64,000 nucleotides of DNA. Source: Lytechinus pictus (Eukaryota). The stretch lies in assembly GCF_037042905.1 (NCBI RefSeq), contig NC_087252.1, positions 25,608,001 to 25,672,000 of the forward strand, given 5' to 3'. Below, piece after piece: positions 24,045-37,118 of this stretch. A program made the position numbers and the translations under genes. The first letter of the stretch is position 1. Each line of letters opens with the position of its first letter. The notes beneath the pieces were generated by a model, which was not told the DNA's origin, ran no database searches, and saw only the letters and a list, made by a program, of their open reading frames with translations.

Positions 24045-25989
24045 GTTTTATGTATTACATCTGTGGATAATCAGTAGAAATAGTCTGCCATTTGCTTAAC
24101 ATATGGCAGCATGAGCTCATCACAGACAGATTGACGTCATGTAGTTATTTCTTTAGTGCATATTACAATTGTTTACTAGAGGTGGTAATTTGAATTACTG
24201 CATGGCCTAATTAATGACAGTGTATGAACAGCAGATGGCCATAGTGTACAGTAAGGTGACATTATTTATTGAAATTCATGTAACATTAAACTATACAAAC
24301 CATGCAGCTAGAACTCACTACTTGCCATTTCTATTGTCTGCCAAGTTAGTATTATGAAAGAAAATTAAATTTATCAGGGTCAAGTGACATATAATACTTT
24401 TAGGTGTGTGAAAGTACAGAAAAATTTAACATTGTTATTTTTATACTTACACAGTGGGTGAACTAGAGATCATTTTGGATATGATGCTCTCTCTCATATT
24501 GGTGTATTTTATGTATTGTGGATAATTAGTAGATAATGAAATAGTCTGTTAATTGCTTAACACATGGAAGCATGAGCCCATCAAAAACAGAATTATGTGA
24601 CTTTATGTCATGTAGTAATGCCTTTTTCTGCATATTACAATTGTGTACTTCATGTGGTAATTTGAATTGCTGCATGACCTAAATAATGATATGTTCCAAT
24701 TCAAGTAATTAAATAGAATTACTCTGCATCAAATGATTGAGGTCGTGATGAATTTGTCATAATTACGTCATTTCTAAGCTACATGTAATTGTTTAGGCCA
24801 TGTACCAATTGAAATTTCTACATGACTCAAATAAGTATGAATTCAAAATGCTACATGACCTTCATTATTTCATGTAGCGACATCAAGTATTGAACGTCAT
24901 GAAGTTAAATGGTTGCGCAGTAATTCTGATTTAGGTCATGTTGTTCTTTGACTTGGTACATGGTGTAAATAATCATGAAATGTAGCATATCAAATTACAT
25001 GTTGCAATTCTGTGTTTGTGTTTGGGCTTAGGCTTACATTAATACATGACATAAACTTGCATAAATCACGCTCTTTGATCTGTAATCAGAGCAATTCTGA
25101 GACAAGAAGACTGCAAAACAATGGTATGCCTCTTCAAAATCAAGAGATTCATTTCAATATATTTTTGGGGAAAATTAATCGTATATTACTTCATATTTTT
25201 CTCTAACCTATGGTAAACCTATGTGAAATTTATTAAAAAATGTCTTTCATTATTTATGGACTTTTGTGAATTCTGTGCAAAATGAAGTGATTGTGATTAC
25301 CTCTTTATGTACTTTAGATTTATACTGGTGATCACCACATCATAATTTCAGTGGTTATCCATTATTTCATAACCTGCTTAAGCCAATCGGGTGTTGACAA
25401 AAGGGGGAAAATGCAATTGGTCAGATAGTACAGGGTTTTTTCCTTACAACCATATACTACTTCATTTACAAGTATCATAATACTGGGTATGTCTTGGTTA
25501 AATTCGCCGGCCCATGGCCTTTTGGCGAGTCGAACATAGCCGATTTAATCATCCTTGTACAAGCTACATTTAGGTGGTTTGTATAGTAATACATAATACT
25601 GCTGATTTTGTCTCGCCGTAAGGCAACCGATCAGCGAATGTGACAAGAGGCATTAATAATTCTTGCTTATTGTTGTGTTAGAGGGAAGGATTCTGGGTCG
25701 AATCAAGCTTACTTTATGTGATCTCAAAATGGCAGCAATGAGCAATGTATGAATAGTGAATGTAATTCATGTGGCATCAGAATGTTGGTGGATGTAAATC
25801 CTTGTATACATGTAATCCCAAAGATGAAATGTTGTTGCATTACTCTAGCCATCATTTATATCAAAGATGTGTTGTGTATAGTATAACTCATATATAATAA
25901 AGATGTAAATATGTTTTAAATGTCTTTGCAAATTTGTGATTTTTACCCCTTTTTCATTAGTGAAGATGCCATGGTTGTGCTGGACCACA

Positions 25990-27490
25990 GTTATGCTCTA
26001 ACAAACCAGTGCAGGACAGTGTCATGCAAATACCGCACGGACCACAACGGGACAATATCATGGGATCGTCACAGGATATCAACAAGAATACCCCTGGACA
26101 GTTCTGCAGGTTACCACAGTATAGTATCACAGCAATGCGAATAGTACACAAACTATCACCGCAGGAATACAACAAGACAGTTCTGCTGGATTATATTCTT
26201 GTGCAACTGTCCTGTTACTATGGCACATGACAGTACCACAGTAGAGTATCACAGGGCAGTATTGCAGGAATACCTGTAGTACTGGCCTGTTGTATTCCTG
26301 TAGCACTGTCCTGTGATACTATGGACAGTATCACAGGACAGTACTACACGAACACCTGTATTACTGGCCTGTGGTATTCCTGTAGTACTGTCCTGTGATA
26401 CTGAGGACAGTATCACAGGACAGTACTACAGGAATACCACAGGCCAGTATTACAGGTATTCCTGTAGTACTGTCCTGTGATACTTTCCACAGTATCACAG
26501 GACAGTACTACAGGAATACCTGAAGTACTGTCCTGTGATACTTTCCACAGTATCACAGGACAGTACTACAGGAAAACCTGTAGTATTGGCCTGTGGTATT
26601 CCTGTAGTACTGTCCTGTGATACTATGGACAGTATCACAGGACAGTACTACAGGAATACGACAGGCCAGTATCACAGGACAGTACTACAGGAGTGCCAGT
26701 ATCACAGGACAGTACTACAGGTATTTCTGTAATACTGTCCTGTGATACTGGCCTGTCGTACTCCTGTAGTACTGTCCTGTGATACTGGCCTGTCGTATTC
26801 CTGTAGTACTGTCCTGTGATACTATGGACAGTATCACAGGACAGTACTACAGGAATACGACAGGCCAGTATCACAGGACAGTACTACAGGAATACCTGTA
26901 GTACTGTCCTGTGATACTGGCCTGTCGTACTCCTGTAGTACTGTCCTGTGATACTGGCCTGTCGTATTCCTGTAGTACTGTCCTGTGATACTATGGACAG
27001 TATCACAGGACAGTACTACAGGAATACGACAGGCCAGTATCACAGGACAGTACTACAGGAATACCTGTAGTACTGTCCTGTGATACTGGCCTGTAGTACT
27101 GGCCTGTGATACTGCCCTGTGATACTAACCTGTGATACTATCCTGTGATACTATCCTGTGATACTATCCTGTGATACCATTCTGTGATACTGTCCTGTAG
27201 TACTGTACTGTGATACTCTCCAGCGGTACAGTTTGTCCTGTGATACTGTCCTGTAGTACTGTGTGTGTGGTAGTGTGGTAGCGGTTGTTGTAGTGGTTGT
27301 GGTGGTTATGTCCTGTGATACTGCCTGCCATACCTATGTGGTTAGTACCACAAGAAGTATCACAGGACACGGACCTGTTGTACTCCTGTTGTACACTTCT
27401 GTAGTACCGTCCCAAATTACGTGCACGTAATTCCTGTAGTACTTTCCTGTCATAGTTCCTGTAGTACTTATTACAGGGTACTGCAGGAAT
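25990..27490. repeat. Right subterminal array of TCCTGTGATACT / TCCTGTAGTACT motifs in both orientations
   Basis: Dozens of AGTATCACAGGA, AGTACTACAGGA and their reverse complements; higher-order block recurring at 26621, 26820 and 26989. Confidence 0.92.
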
Positions 27491-27502
27491 TTTTTGTAAG
27501 GG

Positions 27503-27863
27503 TTTCTCCTGGAGTACCCATTCCCCTGGGGCAGTAATCTAAATATGACCCTGGTAGGATATTGTTTTATGTTCTCATGAAAGAAAAATATAATTTGAAA
27601 TAAAACTTTTGGGAAAAATGACATTTTAGCCATAATATGTATTTGAGTACATGGGAGAGAAGCCCTTGCCTTACATCACTATGACATCCCATATGCAGCC
27701 AATTTGAAGTCTCCATGGATATAGTGATATCCAATATTTACAACTTGTAAAAATTCACAACTTTCTTGTTGTTTGTCCAATATTGTTCAAACTTTCCCTT
27801 ATCAACTTGTATGATTTTTCTTTTTCTTATAAAAACAGATTCTTATTTGGGTCGGATTCCCAT
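27503..27863. mobile_element. Right half of a Kolobok-like MITE (target of the CACTA insertion)
   Basis: Colinear with ~19325-20101 (minus the nested MITE); ends GGATTCCCAT|TTAA. Confidence 0.85.
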
Positions 27864-27979
27864 TTAATGCTGCCAGTTGCATACTCTTAATTTACTATAC
27901 TTCCAATGCTCCATGATAATGTAATGATAACATCCCCATCTATTGTGAATAGACTTTCTTTTATATTTTTCTTTTTAGT

Positions 27980-30125
27980 CATGGATCTCTTTCAACTTAC
28001 AGCTATCAAAAATGACAATGTTTTTTACACATCCCTGTGTAGTACCTCAAAAAAATGTACCGCACATTCATAAAAATCAGTCCTTTATTCAGTCGCTTGA
28101 CAACAGCTCTCTCAACTTCAAAATACATGAAATAGTTTTTGATATTGATAGCAAAGACAATCCATCTAAATCATTTTCATCAAACTATGTAACAGAGAAC
28201 AATTTTTTCTCAGCTTTGCAATCTGTTTCCAACAATGATCTCCTCTTTTTACATTTTAACGTTAGAAGTCTACACAAAGACTTTGATTTTGGGGTTTTTT
28301 TCACAAAGCAGCTTAAATCTAAACATGCTTATGTTAGGAATTAGTGAAACATGACTCCAAGACACGCCATCCTCTCATTTTTCTTTGAATGGTTTTAACT
28401 TTGTTTCTATAAGTCGCATCGGAAAAAGAGGTGGTAGAGTAGGTATTTATGTCCCGGTTGATTTGATCTCTGAAGTCAAGGGGGAGTTCACACAAAATAT
28501 CAGATTCATTAGAAACTATTTTCATCGAAAAAAAGGGTAATTTGATAGTCGACATAGGTTATAAAGCACCACATTCTAATTCAAGAGAACTCATTGAATC
28601 TATGCAACATATATTATCACCCCGTTCTTTAAACGACAAGTTCACCCCAACGAAAACTTGATTTGAATGAAAAGAGAAAAATTCAACAAGCATAACACAG
28701 AAAATTTCATCAAAATCGGATGTAAAATAAGAAAGTAATGACATTTTAAAGTTTCGCTTCATTTCACAAAACAGTTATATGCACATCTCGGTCGGTATGT
28801 AAATGAAGGAACTGATGAAATCACTCACTCACTATTTCTTTTGTATTTTATTCTATGAAATATGAAATATGTCGATATTCTCGTCATTGTCATGTGAAAT
28901 GAAGTTTCATTCCTCCCTAAACACGTGGAATTCCATTATTTTAACATTTTGTGCTTCAGGCAAGGAGGTCCTAATCATCAAAGTCGTAAAATTGAAATAG
29001 TGTATAATTTAAACAATAAAAAACAAAAGAAATAGTGAGTGAGTGACATCATCGACTTTTCATTTGGATGTAACTTGCTTGTTCATATAACCATGATAAC
29101 TATTTTGTTGAAAATAAGTGAAACTTTGAAATGTCATAACTTTCTTATTTTACATCCGATTTTGATGAAATTTTCAGCATTGTGTTTGTCTGATTTTTCT
29201 CTATTGATTCAAATCAACATTTTTTTGAGGTGGACTTGACCTTCAAACAACAAATCTTGTGTAATTATGGGAGATCTTAATCTAAATCTCCTCCAATCTC
29301 ACGATAATTCAGACTGTAAAGACATCCTTGACTTGCTATTTCCTCTTCATTTGTTCCAACTATTTCTAAACCTACTAGAATTACTGAATCACTAGCCACT
29401 TTAATTAATAACATTTTTGTTTATAAAACGCATGATGTAAAATCTGGGATTATATTTCGCGACATTTCGGACCACTTCCTTATACAGTATATCATATCCA
29501 ATCACATCTTGTCTGCCTGATTCGGTAAACTTTTCGGAGGCTAACGTTAACAATTTTATTAGGGAACTTGCAGTTGCTGATTGGAATTCTGTATTTGCTA
29601 CAGAAAATGCTGTATTATTTTCCGATAATTTTATGGATATCTTCACGCATAACCTTAATTCTTCTATTCCATTCCGCAGACGCCATGCTCAAATTACAAA
29701 AAACGAGATTCCTAAGCTCTCTATGATTACCAAATCCCTTCTTAAATCTATAAATAGGAAAAATAACCTGTTTTATAAATACAAATCTACTCCAAACAAC
29801 ACAACCAAATCCAGGTATACTAGATATCGCAATATTTTAACGACTTCATTGCGACTAGCTAAAAAGAGCTATATCACTTTAACAATTTGATGCTTATATA
29901 GGCGATCTAAAAAAAGACGTGGAAAGTTATAAATGATGTTTTGAAAACAAAAGTAGACTCAAATCTTATTTCGGGAATTCTAGTTAACGAAACCGAAGCG
30001 CAGTCCTCTCTCGCAATTGCTGAGGAATTCATCAACTACTTCGTTAATATCGGTCCAAATTTGGCGCGAAATGTCTCTGAACCAAATCGTAATTTCAAAC
30101 AGTTTGTGAAAATGCCAAACCACCT
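27980..30125 (+). pseudogene. Decayed L2/CR1-group LINE ORF2, APE endonuclease and linker region
   Basis: LHFNVRSL, GISET*L, RIGKRGGRVGIY, CVIMGDLNLNLL, PTRIT, SDHF, ITKSLLKSINRKNNLF, KKTWKVIN, FINYFVNIGPNLA; many stops and frameshifts. Confidence 0.88.
28633..29242. mobile_element. Kolobok-like MITE inserted in the LINE
   Basis: TTAA|ACGACAAGTTCACCCCA...GAGGTGGACTTGACCT|TCAA; same family as 61757-62337. Confidence 0.75.
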
Positions 30126-30880
30126 TAAACCACTGGGGAATGAAAGAATAGGCTTTTTTATCATCTACATGTAAAAAAGTGCTAGCACATCGACTTCTAC
30201 CCTCTTCATATGCTCCAAAATTGGCAGACTTTCTCATATATTGGAAAAATATGGAAAAGGGGTGGGTGACTTTGGCAATCCCCTGAGGGGAATAGGCTTT
30301 GCTGTGCCAGCACTTCTGAGCAGCAGATAGAGGAAAGTGTACTCCTTTGCCTACACGTAGTTTCAAAACAATAAGATTGACTTTACTACATAGCAGAAAC
30401 GCTTTTTGCCTCAATGGGGGCTGCAAAATGGCATATTTTTCGAATAGGTAAACTATGCAAAAGGGGTGGGTGATTTCGGTGTCCCCCTAATAGTCCAGGA
30501 AAAAAAAGGTTTGACCTCAAACAAATTGCAACATAATTTTTTTCACCGCAGTGCATTTCCATGTAGTCCCTAAAATGAAATACTAAAAGTCCAGAAAAAT
30601 CCAAGTGGTGGAAAGACGTCTAATTTGCATAAATCCAAAATTGCGGCCATCATGAGAACTTTTCATGATTATTGATAAAAGTACAAACACTGGTCTTATC
30701 GTAGCACATTTGAAAATTTTGATTAAAGCATTAAACCTTCACCAGTGTTATATCTTACCACAGGCTTCATTTCAAAATTGAGATGCAAGTCAGATTTGAT
30801 CTCTGCTGACCTCTAGAGGTCAATGACCTCAAAATATCAGAAAAATGATGTTTTGCATCATTAGCTCATGATAAAAATAG

Positions 30881-32624
30881 TTTTATTTATTTTTATTTCA
30901 GTCTTACTTGAAAAAACAGGGTAATTCTTTCAGAGCCTGGAGGCCTGCTTTTCAAAAGAGCCCTGTTACATGAATATTTCAATACAAATGAGAACGTATA
31001 ATGTACAAATCCATACAGTTAGAACTACACAAAATAACACAACACATATGTAATTAAACTAAATTGAACTTAAATAAACTAAACTCAACTCAACTAAACT
31101 AGACTAAAAACTTAACTAAAAACACAACAAAACAAGACATAAAAAAGGAAAAGGAAACCGGTAACCAGCCCGACATAAAAAGTATTGGCTTCTATTATTA
31201 TAATAAAAATGAACCAGGAATTTCCTGCATTATTTTAACAATGATGACAGGTTGATTGTGCGTATTTGGGTCTTAAAAGAATTGAGTGTAGTTGGTGTAC
31301 GAATATAGGTTGGTAGTTTGTTGTAGATACTTGGGGCTACGAATGAAAATGATATTTTTTTTAATTCAGTACGGGGTTTTGGTATGAACAGTGGATTTAA
31401 TGTAGAATGGCGGTGCTAAGTCATTAAGTATTTTAAAGACAGAGATACAATACTGATAGTTAATTCTACTGTCAACGCTTTGCCATCCGAGACTGTTTAG
31501 TAGAGTTTCTTTGGCATGTTTGGTAGATGTGTTGTCTGCGTTAAGAACTAGTCTTGCATATCTGTTCTGGGTGCGTTGCAGTTTTATCAAGTCCGTTTTG
31601 TTACATTTTCCCCAAACCTCCGAACAAAAGTCTATGTGGGGTAGAAACGTGTAATATAGCTGTGCAAGGATTTTCTCTGTTAAAAAATGACTTTATCCTC
31701 CTAATGCACGCTATTGCTCTATTTATCTTTCTAATTTTATTCGATATATGTAATGACCAGTTTAGACTGTGGTCAAGAGTAATACCAAGGTAGTTAGTAT
31801 GTGTTACATTCTCGAGGTAATCTTCCCCGTGAGAAATTCTGAGAATCTGATTTCTTACTTTACGTTTGGTGCCAAATACCATGACTTTTGTTTTAGTAGC
31901 ATTTATTTCCATTGGATTAATTTTGAACCATTGACGCAATAAATCGTATTCCTTTTGCAGGATCGTTTGGCTGCTCAAAATATTATTTCCTTTGCAAAAC
32001 AATAATTTTTGTTTCATTTTCAAATTGTAAATTACACCTATCATTTATGGATAGACAAAAAAGTGAGGGCCCCAGAATGGACCCTTGTGGGACTCTAGAA
32101 GAAACAAACTCAAAATCACTCAGGGCACCTTGGAAAGAAACGCATTGCTGTCTCTTACAAAGGTAAGAAGCAAAGCATTCTAATTCAGTTGTTTTTATAC
32201 CATAGAAAGGCAATTTTGATAAGAGAATTTCATGCGATGTAATATCAAAGGCCTTTTTTAAATCTAAAAAAATTGCCCCTGTTATAAGACCAGAATCAAG
32301 ATTATTTAACAGAAAGTCAGTAATGTCATCTAAACATGTGGCTGTTGAATGCTAAGGGCGAAAGCCTGATTGCCTGTGTGACAGTAATTCAAATTTTTGT
32401 AAGTATTCGTAAAGCTACATGTGCACCGCCCTTTCAAGAATCTTAGATACACAAGATAATAATGATAGTGGACGAAAGCTGTTTAATACACCTGAATCAC
32501 CACCTTTCGGTACAGGAACAATCTAAGCCTTTTTAAAGTCGCTCGGGAAACATCCCAAATTTAAAGATTTGTTTAAAATATGTGTGAGTGGTTCCGCAAT
32601 GCACACAGCTGCAGATTTCAGTAG
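30881..32624 (-). pseudogene. 5'-truncated L2/Crack-type LINE, reverse transcriptase region and 3' tail
   Basis: IAEPLTHILNKSL, FRPLSLLSCVSKILE, QSGFRP, AIFLDLKKAFD, VPQGSILGP, YLGITLDHSLNW; A-rich tail near 30881. Confidence 0.92.
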
Positions 32625-35285
32625 CTTAAAGCAAACAAAATCATTCATTATTGACTTTCAAGGTATCCTGGTATTCTAGAAAAAAATGATGGGTTGTAAG
32701 ATTTGACCTTCGAACCTGCAGAACTAGAAAAGGTCAATGACCTTAACATTTGTAAATACTGACGCTGAGTGCTCACTGTTTTTATGATAGGCTTGAATAG
32801 GCCACTAATGAAGAAAAAAAATCATGATAAATATAGTGATAATGCAAAAAAAAAATCAATATTGACTTTCAGGGTATCCTGATATTCTACTATGTAGTTT
32901 GTGTTTTATAAGTTTTGACCTTTGACCCCGGAGCACTGGCTAAGGTCAATGACCTTAACATATTAGAATATTGACAATTAGCATCAGTGGTCTATGATAA
33001 ATAGGCCTCTTTTGTATAATTGCAATACGATTTATTTCAGCAGGTAAATATTGTAATGCATTTCCATGAAGTGTCCAAAATGACATACACTTACCAAAAG
33101 TCGAGAAAAACCCAAGGGGTGGAAAGGCGTCTAATTTGCATATATCGAAAGTGGTCCAATGATTAATCGTAGTATTACAAACACTGGTCTGATCGTAACA
33201 CTAAAATTATGATTAAAACATTAAACTTTCACCAGTGTTATGTTTTATCATAGGTTTCATTTAAAATCGGATGTAAGTCAGATTTGAAGTATGCTGAAGT
33301 TTGACGTCGAAAATTTTTTTTTTAATAGAAATTTATATTTTGCATCATAAGTTTGTTATAAACATTTTTAGTTTGTGAGAATAGTTAGTTTAACATGTAA
33401 GGTCCCTTGATATTCATGAGAAAATAGGTGAGAATTAAAAGTTGTGACTTATCTATTTACTAACATGACTAACCAGCTTCTGCTGAATAGAGCAACCCGG
33501 TACATGCCACGGCAAAGTGAATATCTTCCATAGTACCAGTCGCTTTGCAGCACGCTTTGCTATACAGTCCCTTCTTCCAGAAATTTGAAGGAAGGGTAGA
33601 GTAATTGCTATCCTGAAATATGGGCAAGATCCAAATGTGCCTAAAAGCCACAGGCCAACCCCCCTTCTCTTATACCTCTAAAGCTTCTTGAGCATCTCAT
33701 CCTGAACAAAAGATGGTCAGATTATAGAACGGCATCTTTTTCCTAACCAGGCTGGTTCTTAACTTAGTAAATAATATACAGGCTAGGTTCTAACCAGACT
33801 CAGTTAACTGATGACAGTTAACAAGCTATATAACCAACGGGTGTTGAAAATTTTGTGGAATTAACAGCTGCATCAGACAGTGTGGTCTACTCATATAATG
33901 GTACAATACACTGGTGACATTCATCTGAGCAAACTCATCAAAATTCTACTAGAAAACAGACATCTCTTTGTTCTCGCTCGAGTCCAGTGTTCTTCGAACC
34001 CAATCAAGACCAAGGTTAGCTTGTTTCATCCCCGCAATCCTCATGCTTGGAAGAAACTCAAAACAACAACCTATGCTTGAAATTCCCTTCTAGCACTGCG
34101 TCCATGCTATTTATCTTGGTGTCATCATAGACCTATAGTGTCACCGGTGATCAGTCACATTGGCCCGAATTCACAAAGGTGGACTCTGCAAAATCCACGG
34201 ATTTTAGAATCCGTGGATTTTTTAGTCCATGGATTCTGGAAAATCCACGGATTCTGCAGTTTGTGATTCACCAACGGTGGACTCAAAAATCCGCGGATTC
34301 CACCAGACCCACGGTTGAGTCCATGGATTCAACCGTAGACTCAACTAAATCCATGGATTCAACCATGGGTTTTCAATCAAATCTAGGTATAAACATATGC
34401 AGCATATACACAATTAACCAAAATATATTATTCTAAAATAAATGTTTGCTGGTATTGATGCCCCCCCCCCCATTTCTTAAGAATTATGTTTGCTGGCATT
34501 GGTTGTTGTGTATCTTTGCACACACACACACACACACCAAATAGAAGCACATCATCAGCCAGCTGCACTTGATCAACCGGCCTTGAAGTGGCAGAAAGCA
34601 GAAATTCATTATTTAATCGAGTTAATCTAAGATAGACAGGATAAGATCCTGTTTCTATAACACTTCACATGGTGTACCGTAAACCACATCAGCGACTGTA
34701 CATACCACCATGCAAACCTTCAAACAACATCTGAGGATAAGATATGTTACTGAGAAACTAATCACAATCTTTTTTACAGCAACCAATTTCACATCACTAA
34801 AGCACCACTGGATCCATCTATAAGAACAAGGTAATCACTGATTGCCAATTCACTTTGAATCACGCCATGATCATGATACAATCAGGAAATTAATCATGAA
34901 TAACGTTATCAGACATTCCAATCCTTTATACTTAAACATCATCACCTAATTTAAAATATCAAAACATTATATTCGATTTTGACACACAAAACATACCATC
35001 ACTATGATCACTCTTATCAATGGGAATAATATCTGGACTAATTCAAAGCACAATCGATTCAATTTGATTACAACAATTTAATATATTATTTTGTCACATT
35101 TTCCACACATGAATAACCACACTTTATATTATCATTCAACTATGATTACATAGATTATGACTGTTAAAGCTAATTTTTCTGCAAGTCGAGTAACATGCAT
35201 GTAAAAATTAATTTGTTAAAATTCAAATACATCATGCTATCATGGAATTAAATATTTTTTTTTTTTGGTCAATAATTTTTAACAG

Positions 35286-35520
35286 CAATGCATCACCTCG
35301 AAAGAGGAACTTGGATAATTGTCCCAAAGGCATCAACAGATCTCGTGTGACAATAGAGGAAGCCATTCTAGAGCTGGACAAAAAAAAAGAGCACGAGCTC
35401 AGAATGAGGCTTATGCTCGAAGAGCACGAAATCAAAATGAAGTTGATCAACGCTGAATATGTAAATAAAATGGAAATTGCCAATGCTGAACATGCTATCA
35501 AGATGGAATTTTTTTCATTA
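35286..35520 (+). pseudogene. Remnant exon, likely C-terminal coiled coil of the Harbinger accessory (Myb/SANT-type) protein
   Basis: ttttaacag acceptor; EHELRMRLMLEEHEIKMKLINAEYVNKMEIANAEHAIKMEFF with repeated EH..KM pattern; followed by a Tc1-like fragment ending GGGACGCACTG at 35994. Confidence 0.5.
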
Positions 35521-36827
35521 AATAAACGTGTTTTCACCGGTTTCCCAAAGAAGCTATCACATGGTTAACAAAAGACTTAATGCATGGCTGATCGTCAACA
35601 AAACGGAGTGTCGAGTGAGTTTGAACGCTAGCCTGTAAACCCTCTTCATTTTATGAAATTATTGAAATTCAAGCCTTATTTCAAATAACCAGAACTTTGT
35701 TATTCCTTGACCATTTTCTGTAATTGAAGTATCAAATTAAAGAGCAGATATTGAACTTTTTAAAAACGTGCTTTTCTTTTTGAAACCCAGATAGAGCCCG
35801 CCAAATGACTTTTTGGTATCCCCTTTTCAAATTGTTTTGCTCACTCATGCGTGAATGAGAAATAATCTAAGTAATTTAAGATGAAATGGGAGATTCTAAG
35901 CTTTACGTTGGCAGGTTATTTGTCTATTGTATTTGTGATTTAGTTATTATAAATCATTGATAAATCTCGGTTTCGTTTTTTCTGGGACGCACTGCATAAA
36001 CAGTACTGCAGGTTATATTAAATACTTACAGCTAAAAAAATTACAGGAGGTTCTTGATTTGCTGATGTGGTTGGGAGAATTCATTTGAATATTGATATCA
36101 TAAAAACTGTATATAGACATCATCTATTCATAAATTAGGATTTTGTTGTAATGGATGACATTGTACTAGAAAGACCGAGAAAACAAATATAGTATACAGT
36201 ACCTGACTCATTATCAATATTCATGAAAAGTAGGGTAATACATTTAAATGTCCAGCTCAGATGTCAGATATGGGTAATAATATATTATATTTGTTATAAA
36301 TATATATTCTTCACTCTCTATGAAGATTAAGTATTTATTGAATATTGATATATGACTTCGGCATTATCAATTGAAAAATACATGAAGAGCATGACAGCAA
36401 GAAAGTGAGTATTCATTTTAAGGTAAACCTTGTTAGGAGAAGGATCTGGTCTTTGTCTGAATGATTTTCACACTTCTCTAACTTAAAGAAATACAATGGA
36501 ATTATAAGATTTTGTATATATGTTCATATATATCAAACACAAGTATCAAAAGACTCACTTAAATTCTTAGTCTGTAGCGTTTAATGTCTAGACAAATAAA
36601 TTTGTAAGGAAAATGCCCAAGAGCATATCTAAAGGACAAATATAAACTGTACAGTACATTACAAAGAGAGGGTGCGAAATAAAACAATCTAAATTTCAAT
36701 GCTTAAAAAAGTCAATGACCGCTATTATATTTTGGTGACATTGGAATGAGTACAAGTCACATTATCGACCCTTTCCCAAAAGTTCAGACTGGCATAACAG
36801 AGTATACACTTATATAAAAAATGCAAT

Positions 36828-37118
36828 CTGCACAGTGACGGAATATCTGTTCTTCCGGTTAAGGAAGTACAGGGCTTGTTCCCCGCCAGGAACCTAATGT
36901 AGACATGAGTCCCATCGATGGCACCTATGACAACAGGTAGAGGTTCACTACGTTCTGTATTCCTCCTCAGAACACCTTCAAGCATGTTGATGAGATGGAG
37001 TGCAGTCTCTTGAGAAGCGATACCGCATTCGAAAGGCTTCGTCCATGTACAACTCAAAAGGATTCATTCAGTCCTGTAATCCCGTCAGGGTCTGGGCCTA
37101 TTGGCTATCTGTGTATAC
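36828..37118 (-). pseudogene. Harbinger (HARBI1-like) DDE transposase remnant
   Basis: Across frameshifts: D*MNPFELYMDEAFRMRYRFSR, TALHLINMLEGVLRRNTERSEPL, VIGAIDGTHVYI, YFLNRKNRYSVTVQ; internal deletion evident. Confidence 0.88.

Larger units (their letters stand above)
1..27502. mobile_element. Large CMC/CACTA (EnSpm)-type DNA transposon carrying a transposase and a BEN-domain gene; left terminus not in window
   Basis: TnpD-like transposase gene; motif arrays at 1-690 and ~25990-27490 sharing CTGT[G/A][A/G]TAC; sharp right boundary ...CTGCAGGAATTTTTTGTAAGGG at 27502 (rc CCCTTACAAAAAA) abutting half of a Kolobok MITE. Confidence 0.8.

Noticed and set aside
26535..27415. Short ORFs in the subterminal array (also 203-639, 23190-24099, 42974-44463)
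   Set aside because: These are translations of tandem repeats or MITEs with no protein-like features.
25990..27490. CRISPR-like array
   Set aside because: No unique spacers, motifs occur in both orientations, no cas genes, and the context is eukaryotic with spliced genes.
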